From positions 9,576 through 73,575 of the forward strand of contig JBQTGV010000011.1 in NCBI GenBank assembly GCA_052390515.1: a DNA stretch of 64,000 nt, read 5' to 3'. Shown here piece after piece: positions 9,571 to 18,881 of this stretch (within the stretch, counting starts at the first letter, position 1; each line of letters starts with the position of its first letter). Origin of the DNA: Candidatus Eiseniibacteriota bacterium (GTDB lineage: Bacteria > ARS69). Both the position numbers and the translations under genes were made by a program. The notes below the pieces were generated by a model. The model was not told the DNA's origin, made no database searches, and saw nothing but the letters and a program-made list of their open reading frames with translations.

Positions 9571-9879
9571 AGCGGACGGCGGATCGGGGATGTTCCGGCC
9601 GCCGATCATGGGCGAAAAAGACGACGGGAGAGGGTCACTGGAGGAACGGGGCTCGTTCTTGCGTTCCCCGCGGTGACCACTCTCCCGCGTATTTCCCGGA
9701 ATTCTCCGGGTCGGGCCGGCAAGGGGGCGAACTCCTCGCCGCAGTCTTCCTCCCTGCCCCGAGGGATGAAGGAGGAGGCGCCACCTTGCCCGCGCCCTTT
9801 CAGACGCCCCAAAGTGTGGCGGCCGGCGAAACCCTGCCATGACATCGGTCAGTCTCGATGATGATTGTTGCGGGGGCGG

Positions 9880-11313
9880 TCAGATGCGGTGCTCGAGCCA
9901 GCTCCCCCGCCGCAGCAGGTGCACGGAGAGCAGCGCGCCGAGCGCCTGCCCGAGCGAGTGGCCGGCCAGCATGCCGGACGGACCGAGATGCAGCAGGTGG
10001 CCGAAGGCGAGCATGAACGGCACGACCAGTGCCCAGCCGATGAACACCTGCATCCAGAACGCCGGCACGTTGCGGCCCGCTCCCGCGTAGGCCTGCTCCG
10101 CCGCCATCGTCAGCCCGAAGAACGGAAGCCCGACGGCCAGGAGGCGAAGGTAACGGGCTCCCTCCGGCGCCAGCGCCGGATCGTCGAAGAAGAAGTGGAT
10201 GAGCCAGGGCGCGCCGAGGACCACGCCGACCGCGAAGGCCAGCATGGAGTACGCCGCGAGACGGGCGTTGATCACCCCGGCGAGCCACGCCTTGTCGAGC
10301 TCGCGGGATCCGAGGTACTGGCCGATGAGCGCGCTGGTGCCGAGCCCCAGGCCGCCGATCAGCATGCCGCCGAAGCGCACGATCTTCTGACCCGCGCCGA
10401 ACAGCGCGACCGTGGTCGTGCCGAACACCGCCACGAGCTTCACGATCACCGACGCGAGAATGGCGAAGGAGAGCGCGCTCAGCGCCGAGGGCAGGCTGAT
10501 TCGCATCATTCGCCATGTGTCACGCAGGTCGGGCCACGGGCGGCCGAACCAGCGGACCCGCACGGGCGAACGATGGCTGGCCAGCGCGATCATGCCCACG
10601 CCGGTCACGGTGGTGAAGCCCGCCATCGAGGCGATGGCCGCCCCGGCGATGCCCAGCTTCGGGAACGGCCCGATCCCGAAGATCAGCAGGGGATCGAGCA
10701 CCAGGTTGATGACGGCGCCGACGAGGCTCGTCCACATCCCGAAGCTCGGCCGGCCGATGCCGCGCAGGGCCGTGTACACCGAGAAGCTGGCCAGCGAGAT
10801 GCCGAGACCGGCGCACTGGATCCAGCCGTAGGAGACGCCGAGGTCACGGACCTCGGGCGTGGCACCCAGGAACGTCAGCGAGAAAGGCAGCAGGGGGATC
10901 GCGATTACCCCCATGACTCCGCCGAGGACGAACTTGCCGAGGAACGTGTTCTTGATGGCGACTTCGGTCCCGACGGCGTTTCCTTCGCCGAAGCGCCGGC
11001 TGATCACGGCCACGCTTCCCGTGCCGATCAGCTGGTTCGGGAAGGACATCACCGCGATGAACGCACTGAAGACGGTCACCGCCGCGACCGGCTCTTCGCC
11101 CAGGCGCGCCAGCCAGAACATGTTGGTCAGGTCATAGATGGTGAGCAGCAGGAAGCTGGCGACGGAAGGAAGTCCCATCGAGAGCACCCGGCCGAGGACG
11201 TGCTTCCGGGCGGCTCGATCCAGCGCGTCCTCCCCTCCGCGGCCCGCCCGGACGAGGATCTCGAGGACGCGGGCCGTGGGACGAGTCGGGACCATCGAGG
11301 CAGGATAATCCAT
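9880..11313 (-). CDS. MATE family efflux transporter
   Basis: 477 aa with 12 predicted TM helices. 'LGLPSVASFLLLTIYDLTNMFWLARLG' is a typical MATE N-terminus and the two-lobed repeat structure is present. Confidence 0.9.
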   Translation of the reverse strand: MDYPASMVPTRPTARVLEILVRAGRGGEDALDRAARKHVLGRVLSMGLPSVASFLLLTIYDLTNMFWLARLGEEPVAAVTVFSAFIAVMSFPNQLIGTGSVAVISRRFGEGNAVGTEVAIKNTFLGKFVLGGVMGVIAIPLLPFSLTFLGATPEVRDLGVSYGWIQCAGLGISLASFSVYTALRGIGRPSFGMWTSLVGAVINLVLDPLLIFGIGPFPKLGIAGAAIASMAGFTTVTGVGMIALASHRSPVRVRWFGRPWPDLRDTWRMMRISLPSALSALSFAILASVIVKLVAVFGTTTVALFGAGQKIVRFGGMLIGGLGLGTSALIGQYLGSRELDKAWLAGVINARLAAYSMLAFAVGVVLGAPWLIHFFFDDPALAPEGARYLRLLAVGLPFFGLTMAAEQAYAGAGRNVPAFWMQVFIGWALVVPFMLAFGHLLHLGPSGMLAGHSLGQALGALLSVHLLRRGSWLEHRI

Positions 11314-11344
11314 CCCTGGCGAGGTCGCAGGCGCTCACGCTACA

Positions 11345-12202
11345 ATGACCGCCGGCAGCAGCCGAAAAACCGGGAGTACCCCAGAGGAAGCCCGAGGACG
11401 CCCCCCGAATCCTGGAGCGCCGAACGCCTTGTCCACATCCGACACCTCGAGTCGCCCGACTCCGGTGGTCGACGTCATCATCCCGGTCTACAACGAAGAG
11501 AAGATCCTCCCGCAGAGCATCAAGACGCTCGTGGGGTTCCTCCGGGAAAACGTCGACGTCCCGTGGCGCGTGCTCATCACCGACAACGCCTCGATCGACC
11601 GGACGGAGGAGGTCTCGCGCGCGCTGACGAAGGAGTATCCGGAGGTCGACTACGTGCGCCTGCCGCGCAAGGGTCGTGGCGGCGCGCTGAAGCAGGTGTG
11701 GCTGGCCAGCCCGGCGCAGTACGTCACCTACATGGACGTGGACCTCTCCACGCACCTGCGGGCGTTCAACCAGATGCTGGACCTGCTGCGCAACGGCAGC
11801 GACGTCGTCATCGGGTCCCGGCTTCGCCCGGATGCGAACACGACACGCAGCCTGAAGCGCGAGATCCTCTCCCGCGGGTACAACGTGCTCGTGCGCATCT
11901 TCTTCCGCACGCGGTTCACCGACGCGCAGTGCGGCTTCAAGGGAATGCGCCGCGAGGCCTGCCAGCTCCTCGTCCCCCACGTCGAGGACATCAAGTGGTT
12001 CTGGGACACGGAGCTCCTGGTCATCGCCGAGAAGTCGGGTCACCACATCGGCGAAGTGGCCGTCGAATGGATCGAGGATCTCGATACGCGCGTGAAGCTG
12101 GTCCAGACGATCTACGACGACATGGTCGCGCTGTTCCGACTGAGCGGTACGCTGTCCGACGTGTTGAAGCGCATCGATGAATCGCGCCCGCGTGGCGGCT
12201 GA
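11345..12202 (+). CDS. GT2 polyprenol-phosphate glycosyltransferase (dolichol-P-mannose/glucose synthase-like)
   Basis: 'VVDVIIPVYNEEKIL', 'VLITDNASIDRT', 'YVTYMDVDLS' and 'QCGFKGMRREA' are motifs of Ppm1/ArnC-like GT2 enzymes. Confidence 0.85.
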   Translation: MTAGSSRKTGSTPEEARGRPPNPGAPNALSTSDTSSRPTPVVDVIIPVYNEEKILPQSIKTLVGFLRENVDVPWRVLITDNASIDRTEEVSRALTKEYPEVDYVRLPRKGRGGALKQVWLASPAQYVTYMDVDLSTHLRAFNQMLDLLRNGSDVVIGSRLRPDANTTRSLKREILSRGYNVLVRIFFRTRFTDAQCGFKGMRREACQLLVPHVEDIKWFWDTELLVIAEKSGHHIGEVAVEWIEDLDTRVKLVQTIYDDMVALFRLSGTLSDVLKRIDESRPRGG

Positions 12203-14213
12203 GGAGCTTACCCGGAGCACATCGGCCGCGGCGCACGGCGTGCTCGCCGCCGCGGGACTCGCCTACCTGCCGCTGATCGCCGCGGCAGCCCTGACCTTCG
12301 CGTGCGCTGCCGCCGACCGCGTCTCCTTCGACGACGTCGTGCTGCTTTCGCCGGTAGGTGCGGCCGCGGGGCGCTTCGCCGCGGCTCTCGCGGCCATGGC
12401 GGCCGGATACTTCGCCGTCTTCTTCGCTCCCGGGCTTCTCATCCTGCGTGCGCTGCGCTGGCGGGCAGCGACGCCGGTCGGCGGTGTCGTGGCTGCGTTC
12501 GCGCTCTCGCAGCTCGGCATGGCGCTGGCGTGGATTGCGGCGCAGGCGGTGACGGAGGGCGTGGCCGGGCGGACGTGCGTGTACCTGACGGCGGCATCGC
12601 TCGACGCGGCCGCGTTGCTCGCGGCGGTCTTCGTGCGGCGGCGGGAGGGCGAAGGTCCGGCAGCCGGCGGCGAAGTTCCGGTGAGCGAAGGTCCGACGCT
12701 TCGCAGCCGCGAGGTGCTGGCGCCGGCGGCGGCGGCCGTGCTCGTGATCGCGGCGGCCTGGCTTTTCATGCCGGGCAAGATCACGACCGAAGCTCTCGAG
12801 GGCGACGCCACCGAAGTGCACGGCTTCGCCACGAGCCTCGTGGAGCGGGCGCTTCCGGAGTGGGATCTGGAGTCGGGCGCGTGGGGCTTCTACCCGACGT
12901 TCATGTACGTCGGGTACCCGGTGTTCTGGTCGATCGCGCTGGGTGGGGACTCGGAGGCGGCGGTGCGGCTCCCGGCGCTGCTCTTCCTCGGCATGCTGCT
13001 CGTCATGCTGGCGGAGCTCGCGGGGAGGAAGAGCGTAGGGACGGCGGACGGCGACCTGCGTGGGACCGCCGCGCGGGGGGGCGGCGCGCTCGGGGTGCTG
13101 CTGCCGCTCGCCTTCGTGGCGTACCTCTCCGTGCAGGTCGGCGCGTACTACTGCGGCTACCATCCCGTGCACGGCGATCTCGGAAGCTCGCCGCTCGAGG
13201 AGTGGATGGTGACCGCGCTCGCGGTGTGCGCCATCGTGCTGCTCCGCGACGGGGCGCCGGCGCTGGCCGTGATCCCGGCGTTCCTCTCGGTGCTGACGTT
13301 TCCGAGCGGACTGATGTTCGTGGCGCTCGTGGGGGTGGCCGGTGTCATGTCGGCGAGGGGTGCACAGCGCCGCGAGGTCATCAGGTGGGGCCTGCTGCTC
13401 GCCGCGGTGCTCGCCGTCTACGCCGTCTCTCTCGTCGTGCAGACGAAGGCGAACGGCACGTTCGACGCGATGATCGGCGAATGGCACCGCAAGTACTTCG
13501 CGCGGCGCGCGAGCTTCGGCGCGGAGGAGCCGGCGCGCATGGCGGCGGCGGTCGGCTGGTACGCGCTGCTTGCCGGAGGTGTCCCCGTGCTCGGGTACCT
13601 GCTCGCGCCGCGCTGGGACCGCGTGGCGAAGTGGCTCGCGCTGCTGGGCGTTGCCTGGACGCTCTTCTTTGTGCTCTCGCCCGGCAAGAACGTGCACTAC
13701 TTCCTGCCGTCGGCGCTCCTGCCGGCGGCGGTGCTGCTACGCTGCACGTCGTCGCGGTGGGTGCCGGCGGCGGTGGCGGCGTCGGCGCTCACGTGTATCG
13801 CGCTGTGTCGGCCGTCTTCGCCCGAGATCTACACCGCCGACCGCCAGTTCGGCCGGCGCACGCTCTTCCTCACGAACAGCTACCAGGAGGCGGTGCGCTG
13901 GTCGCACGTGATCTACAACCTGGTGGAGTACGGCCCGCACTGGGATCCGGGGAAGTCGTGGTCCATCGGGCACCACACCTGGGTGCTGTACGCCGACCGT
14001 GGCTTCGACGTGGACGGCGACTACCAGTTCTTCGTCAGCGACGGCCCGGCGCCGCGGCCCGAACTCACCGAGATCACGCGGCTGCCGCTCGAGGGCGGGA
14101 AGTCGGCGGTTCTATGGTCTCGGGAAGGCCGCGCGACGCTTCGCCCATGGAAGGACCGCACGTTCGCGACGAAGCGCGAGTTGAGCCGGTTCGACTTCGA
14201 CATGGGGAAGTGA
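12177..14213 (+). CDS. Polytopic membrane protein, putative GT-C fold glycosyltransferase coupled to the upstream GT2
   Basis: 678 aa with more than 12 hydrophobic helices. The start overlaps the stop of the GT2 gene by 26 nt. GT2 plus GT-C pairing is typical of lipid-linked sugar donor/acceptor systems. Confidence 0.6.
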   Translation: MNRARVAAEELTRSTSAAAHGVLAAAGLAYLPLIAAAALTFACAAADRVSFDDVVLLSPVGAAAGRFAAALAAMAAGYFAVFFAPGLLILRALRWRAATPVGGVVAAFALSQLGMALAWIAAQAVTEGVAGRTCVYLTAASLDAAALLAAVFVRRREGEGPAAGGEVPVSEGPTLRSREVLAPAAAAVLVIAAAWLFMPGKITTEALEGDATEVHGFATSLVERALPEWDLESGAWGFYPTFMYVGYPVFWSIALGGDSEAAVRLPALLFLGMLLVMLAELAGRKSVGTADGDLRGTAARGGGALGVLLPLAFVAYLSVQVGAYYCGYHPVHGDLGSSPLEEWMVTALAVCAIVLLRDGAPALAVIPAFLSVLTFPSGLMFVALVGVAGVMSARGAQRREVIRWGLLLAAVLAVYAVSLVVQTKANGTFDAMIGEWHRKYFARRASFGAEEPARMAAAVGWYALLAGGVPVLGYLLAPRWDRVAKWLALLGVAWTLFFVLSPGKNVHYFLPSALLPAAVLLRCTSSRWVPAAVAASALTCIALCRPSSPEIYTADRQFGRRTLFLTNSYQEAVRWSHVIYNLVEYGPHWDPGKSWSIGHHTWVLYADRGFDVDGDYQFFVSDGPAPRPELTEITRLPLEGGKSAVLWSREGRATLRPWKDRTFATKRELSRFDFDMGK

Positions 14214-14219
14214 AGCGGG

Positions 14220-14738
14220 TCACGCCGGCTCGGCGGGTGCTGCGGTGTGCAGCTCGCCCGGAGCGACGGCGCCGACGCCGGCACCCTCGCCGGTGACGAC
14301 GCGGCGGTGATAGTCGACCTGCCCGAGATGGTAGGCCAGGTGCGCTTCGAGGTGGATCAGGAAGTCCAGCGTGCGCAGGCGGGAGCCGGCCACCTCCAGC
14401 GGATACATCGCGTCGAGCTGCGCCGGCGTGATTCGACGCAACGCGCGCTCCACGTCGGACGAAGCGCGGCGGATCAGGTCGATCAGGTCGGAACGCGGGA
14501 CGTCCCGGTCGGCGAACTCGGCCGGCCGGTTGCGGACGTAGCCGCTGCCGCCGAGCACGCCGCCGATGAAGTGGCGGAGGTTGCCGACCAGATGCAGGGC
14601 GAGCGTTCCCGCGGAGTTCGTGATCCCGGGCGGCGTGTGCCAGATGTCGCGCTCGTCGGCGTAGGCCTGGAGCTCGCGCTCGAGCGCGGCGAGCTCCCGC
14701 TGGATCATCCGGCTCAGGATCTCGACGACCGTCATCAT
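14220..14738 (-). CDS. DinB-family (DinB_2/DUF664-like) metal-dependent protein
   Basis: 172 aa. Four-helix-bundle His pattern ('LHLVGNLRHFIGG', 'HLEAHLAYHLGQV') typical of DinB/YfiT. Confidence 0.8.
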   Translation of the reverse strand: MMTVVEILSRMIQRELAALERELQAYADERDIWHTPPGITNSAGTLALHLVGNLRHFIGGVLGGSGYVRNRPAEFADRDVPRSDLIDLIRRASSDVERALRRITPAQLDAMYPLEVAGSRLRTLDFLIHLEAHLAYHLGQVDYHRRVVTGEGAGVGAVAPGELHTAAPAEPA

Positions 14739-14803
14739 CCGCTCCGGATCCGCTCCGGCCGGCAGTATACCGCGGTGGTATAGTCCGCGGCGGAGGGGAA
14801 GTC

Positions 14804-15646
14804 GTGAGGGATCCTCGTGGGGTCTGGATGGCTGCCGGCCCCGTTGCCGTCGTCATCGCCGCTGCCACCGCCGCCCTGCTCTTTTCCACGCAGGGCGCCC
14901 GGGCCGAGGAGGGCTGGCTCGGCGTCGTCTTCGCCGATCAGGCGGTGGAGCTGTCGGCCGAGGCGGCCGGGACCGTCGCCGCGTATCACGCCCGTCTCGG
15001 GGACCTTGTCCGCACGGGTCAGCCGGTCGTCGCTCTCGAGTCGGAGGAGCTGCGCTCCGCGCGGGCCGGGTCCCAGGCCGCGCTCGACGCGGCGCGAGCG
15101 CGGGCGGAGAAGGCCGACGCCGAGCTCGGCGACGCCACGCGGATGGTCGAGCGGCGTCGCGAAGCGCCGGATCTCTTTTCCAGCGAGGAGATCGCGAAGC
15201 TCGAGTCCCGGCACCGCGTGGCCGAGGCGGAGCTGGCCGCGGCGCGGTCCGCGGTGGCCGAGCGGGAGGCCGCGCTTCAGGAGATCGAGAGACAGCTCGG
15301 CGGGATGACGCTGCGCGCGCCGTTCGACGGATCCGTGGCGCTCGCCCTGCGCGAGGTCGGCGACCGCGTCGCCGCGGGCGAGGCGCTCGTCCGGCTCATC
15401 AGCCGCGGCGATCCGTGGATCCGCTTCGCCGTGCCGTCGAGCGAGGCGGCGGGCGTGGCGGCGGGTGGCGCCGTGCGCGTGACGCTTCCGGGCGGCGCGC
15501 AGAGCTGGAGCGCTCAGGTGCGGCGCGTGGCGCCCGAGATCGATCCCGCGACCGACATGATCTTCGCGGAGGCGGTGCTGACGCTCGCGGCGGGGGAGGC
15601 GGGGCCGAGGGCGGGGGAGGTGGTGCGGGTGAGGGCCGGAGGCTGA
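14804..15646 (+). CDS. HlyD-family periplasmic adaptor (membrane-fusion protein), short form
   Basis: N-terminal TM 'MAAGPVAVVIAAATAALLF'. A lipoyl-like 'GDLVRTGQPVVALES' hairpin. A long coiled coil. A C-terminal beta-barrel 'LRAPFDGSVALALREVGDRVAAGEALVRL'. Confidence 0.65.
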   Translation: MRDPRGVWMAAGPVAVVIAAATAALLFSTQGARAEEGWLGVVFADQAVELSAEAAGTVAAYHARLGDLVRTGQPVVALESEELRSARAGSQAALDAARARAEKADAELGDATRMVERRREAPDLFSSEEIAKLESRHRVAEAELAAARSAVAEREAALQEIERQLGGMTLRAPFDGSVALALREVGDRVAAGEALVRLISRGDPWIRFAVPSSEAAGVAAGGAVRVTLPGGAQSWSAQVRRVAPEIDPATDMIFAEAVLTLAAGEAGPRAGEVVRVRAGG

Positions 15647-15664
15647 CGGCGTCGGGTCACGCGC

Positions 15665-17872
15665 TCATATCGCCCGCGCGCCGACCAGCTCGGCGTAGTG
15701 CCCCCCCCGCGCCACGAGCTCGTCATGAGTCCCCCGCTCCACGAGCTGCCCGCGGTCCATCACCAGGATCACGTCGGAGTCCAGGATCGAGCTGAGCCGG
15801 TGCGCGATGACGATGCGCGTGCAGTCCAGCGCCCGCAGGTTCTGCTGGATCTTGCGCTCGGCCAGCGCGTCCAGGTGGCTGGTGGCCTCGTCCAGCACCA
15901 GGATCGGCGGTCGCCTGAGCAGCGCCCTCGCCAGCGCGATCCGCTGTCGCTGTCCGCCCGCCAAGCTCCCGCCGCCGGACGCCACCGGCGTCTCGTAGCG
16001 CAGCGGCATCTCCAGGATGTCGTCGTGGATGTGCGCCAGCTCCGCCGCCCGCTGGATGTCGGCCAGCGGCGTCGCGGCGTCCACCATGGCGATGTTCGTG
16101 CGGATGGTCCCTGCGAAGAGGAACGGATACTGCGGCACGAAGCCGACCTGCCGCCGGATCGAGCCGAACTCGTAGTGCGAGAGATCCCGGTCGTCGTACA
16201 GGATCTTGCCCTTGACCGGCTCGTACAGCCCGACCAGCAGCCGCGCCAGCGTCGACTTGCCCGACCCGCTGCGCCCGACGATGGCCACCTGCGCTCCGCG
16301 CGGGATCGTGAGGCTCACGCCGTCCACCGCCCAGGGCGCGGCCTCGCTGTAGCGGAACGAAACGTCGCGCAGCTCGATTCCCCCGGCGAGCGGCGGCGCC
16401 GCCGTCGTCGTCGTGCCCTGCTGCTCCGGCGCGTTCTCCAGCACGTCGTCGACGCGCTCCACGTAGCTCCCGAGGAGCTGGAACTGCAGCGCGGTCTGCA
16501 CCAGCGACGACAACGGCCCCAGGAACCCCGCGGCCAGCGCGTTCATGGCCAGCATGGTGCCCAGCGTGAGCTCACCCGCGAGCGTCAGGTGCGCGCCGTA
16601 GCCGAGCAGCACGAGCGGCGAGGCGGTCGCCAGCGCACTCAATGACGAATCCACCAGCGCCGCGAGCTTCGCCCTGCGGATGGAGATGTTCATCACGTCC
16701 ACGAGCAGGTTGGACGACTGCTCCAGCGCCCTTCGCTCCGCGCCCGTCGTCTTCAAGGTCTCGATGCCCTCGATCATCTGCACCTGGAAGTTGGACGACG
16801 CCGCCTGCGCCTGCAGGTTTTCGGTCATGAGCTCCCGGTAGCGGCGGCGCGTCCCCAGGTAGATGGCCACGCGCAGCGCTCCCAGCGCCAGCACGACGAG
16901 CCCGAGCCCGGCGTGGGTGAGCAGCAGCACGATCAGGTAGCCCGTCACGAGCAGTCCGTCGAGCACCGCCGACATCGCCCCGGAAGTGAGCATCTCGCGG
17001 ATGGCGGCGTTACTGTTGAGGCGCATCACCAGGTCGCCGGTCTGTCGGAGCTGGAAGTACGAGAACGGTAGGCGCAGGAGGTGCTCGAGGAAGTCCAGCG
17101 TCATCTGCACGTCGAGCGCCGTTCGCAAGTGCAGCAGGAGGTGCGCGCGCAGGAACGAGGCGAAGAAGCTGAACAACGTGATCCCGGCGATGCCCACGGC
17201 CAGCACCTGCAAGAGGTGCAGGTCGGCGCGCGGGACGACGCGGTCGACGACGGCACCGGTGAGCACCGGCAGCGCCAGTGCCAGCACCTGGGCGAAGAGC
17301 GAGACGACGACGATGCGGCTCAGGAGCCCGGAGTGCGCCAGTACCTTCGCCACGTAGCGGCGCACGCGAGACTCCCCGCGCGGCACCGCCTCGAAGCCGT
17401 GCGACGGCTCGAGCTGCAGCGCCACGCCGGTGAACGCCTTGCTGAAGTCGTCGTGCGGGATGAGGCGGCGGCCGGCCGCGGGATCCACGATCTCGACGCC
17501 CTTGCGGCCGATGCGGTCGAGCACCACGAAATGCTTCATCTGCCAGTGCAGGATGGAACCGGTCTTCAAGTAGTCGAGGTCCGAGACGTCCAGGCGCACC
17601 GCCTGCCCGCGCAGACCGAACTGGGCCGCGCACTCCACGATGGCGAGCGCGTTCACGCCGTCGCGGCCGGCGAACAGCTTGTCGCGCACTTCGTCCAGCG
17701 TCGTCTCCCGACCGTGGTAGCGCAGGACCATGGCCAGGCATGCCGCGCCGCAGTCGGTGACGTGGAGCTGCTGCACGTAGGGAACGTGCCGGCGCTTCGC
17801 GCGCGCTTCACCGATGCGCTTGACCGCGGGGAATCGATCCGCGAGCGAGCCCTTCGCCGGGCCGTCGGTCAC
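15665..17872 (-). CDS. Peptidase-C39-domain ABC transporter (bacteriocin/double-glycine peptide processing exporter)
   Basis: 735 aa. The N-terminal C39 domain has catalytic Cys and His ('VTDCGAACLAMVLRYHG', 'HFVVLD'). Six TM helices follow, then an ABC ATPase (Walker A 'GRSGSGKST', signature 'LAGGQRQR', Walker B 'ILVLDEATS'). Confidence 0.9.
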   Translation of the reverse strand: MTDGPAKGSLADRFPAVKRIGEARAKRRHVPYVQQLHVTDCGAACLAMVLRYHGRETTLDEVRDKLFAGRDGVNALAIVECAAQFGLRGQAVRLDVSDLDYLKTGSILHWQMKHFVVLDRIGRKGVEIVDPAAGRRLIPHDDFSKAFTGVALQLEPSHGFEAVPRGESRVRRYVAKVLAHSGLLSRIVVVSLFAQVLALALPVLTGAVVDRVVPRADLHLLQVLAVGIAGITLFSFFASFLRAHLLLHLRTALDVQMTLDFLEHLLRLPFSYFQLRQTGDLVMRLNSNAAIREMLTSGAMSAVLDGLLVTGYLIVLLLTHAGLGLVVLALGALRVAIYLGTRRRYRELMTENLQAQAASSNFQVQMIEGIETLKTTGAERRALEQSSNLLVDVMNISIRRAKLAALVDSSLSALATASPLVLLGYGAHLTLAGELTLGTMLAMNALAAGFLGPLSSLVQTALQFQLLGSYVERVDDVLENAPEQQGTTTTAAPPLAGGIELRDVSFRYSEAAPWAVDGVSLTIPRGAQVAIVGRSGSGKSTLARLLVGLYEPVKGKILYDDRDLSHYEFGSIRRQVGFVPQYPFLFAGTIRTNIAMVDAATPLADIQRAAELAHIHDDILEMPLRYETPVASGGGSLAGGQRQRIALARALLRRPPILVLDEATSHLDALAERKIQQNLRALDCTRIVIAHRLSSILDSDVILVMDRGQLVERGTHDELVARGGHYAELVGARAI

Positions 17873-18810
17873 GAGCCGCGCTCCAGCAGCTCACGCAGTC
17901 CTGGCACGAGCGCGACGAGCAGCTTCTCGCGGCGCACCGCGACTTCCGCCTCCGCGGCCATGCCGGGAAAGAAGCGATGCTCCCGCCCTCCGGCGCGGAA
18001 GGTGGGGTCGACCAGCGGCGCGTGCGCGAAGACCACCGGTCCGGAGATCGACACGGCGTCCCCGAGCTCGGTGCCGAGGTAGCGCTGCACCGCGCCCGGA
18101 CCGACCACCTCCTCGCCGACGGTGGCGATCTCCGCGTCGACGTACGCGTGCGAGTAGCCCGGTACTTCCAGCCGCATGACGAGACCGGGGCGAAGCAGCG
18201 GGCGGTAGCTTCCCGGCAGGAACGCGACGACCGCGAGCCCGCCCTCTTCCGTGGAGAGCGTGAGCACGCGGTCGCCGGCGGAGAGGAGCTGGCCCGGACG
18301 GATGCGAAGGTCCTGGACGCGGCCGTCGTGCGGTGCCGCGACAATGCGCTCCTCGAGCCGTGCGAGCGCTTCCACCATCGCGGGGCGGGCGGCGGCGGCG
18401 GCGGCTCGCGCGGCCTGATCCCCCGGATCCCGTAGCACGCGCACGAGCTGCATCTCGAAGTCGGACCGCGCCGCGTCGGCCGCGCTGCGCTCCGCGCCGG
18501 CGTAGAACCGCACCAGCTCCTGTCCGGCGGTGACGGCGTCCCCCGGCGCGACGAGCACCTCGTCCACCGTCCCGGCGACGCGCGCGGTCAGGTCGATCTG
18601 TCCCTCGGTGCGCACCACCGCCGGACCGGACGCGTACTCGTCCACGCTGCCGAAGAAGCCGTAACCGAGCGCCGCCACGAACGCGACGACCAGGACGTGG
18701 TACGTCCACCGCGTCCAGCGGTCTGAGTTCCGCAGAACGGCGCCTTCGCCTTCCCGGCCGCGCGCCGCTTCGCGCAGCGCTTCCTCGCGGAAGAGGTCGC
18801 TCGGAGTCAC
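17869..18810 (-). CDS. HlyD/CvaA-family secretion adaptor for the C39-ABC exporter
   Basis: 313 aa. N-terminal 'LFREEAL' followed by TM 'YHVLVVAFVAALGYGFF', a coiled coil, and C-terminal 'GYSHAYVDAEIATVGEEVV'. A 4-nt ATGA overlap with the ABC gene. Confidence 0.8.
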   Translation of the reverse strand: MTPSDLFREEALREAARGREGEGAVLRNSDRWTRWTYHVLVVAFVAALGYGFFGSVDEYASGPAVVRTEGQIDLTARVAGTVDEVLVAPGDAVTAGQELVRFYAGAERSAADAARSDFEMQLVRVLRDPGDQAARAAAAAARPAMVEALARLEERIVAAPHDGRVQDLRIRPGQLLSAGDRVLTLSTEEGGLAVVAFLPGSYRPLLRPGLVMRLEVPGYSHAYVDAEIATVGEEVVGPGAVQRYLGTELGDAVSISGPVVFAHAPLVDPTFRAGGREHRFFPGMAAEAEVAVRREKLLVALVPGLRELLERGS

Positions 18811-18881
18811 AGCTCCGGGATTCTAAGGACTCCCGGTCGGCCTTGCGAGCCCTGCTTCGCGGCGGCGGTCTCGATCGGCCG

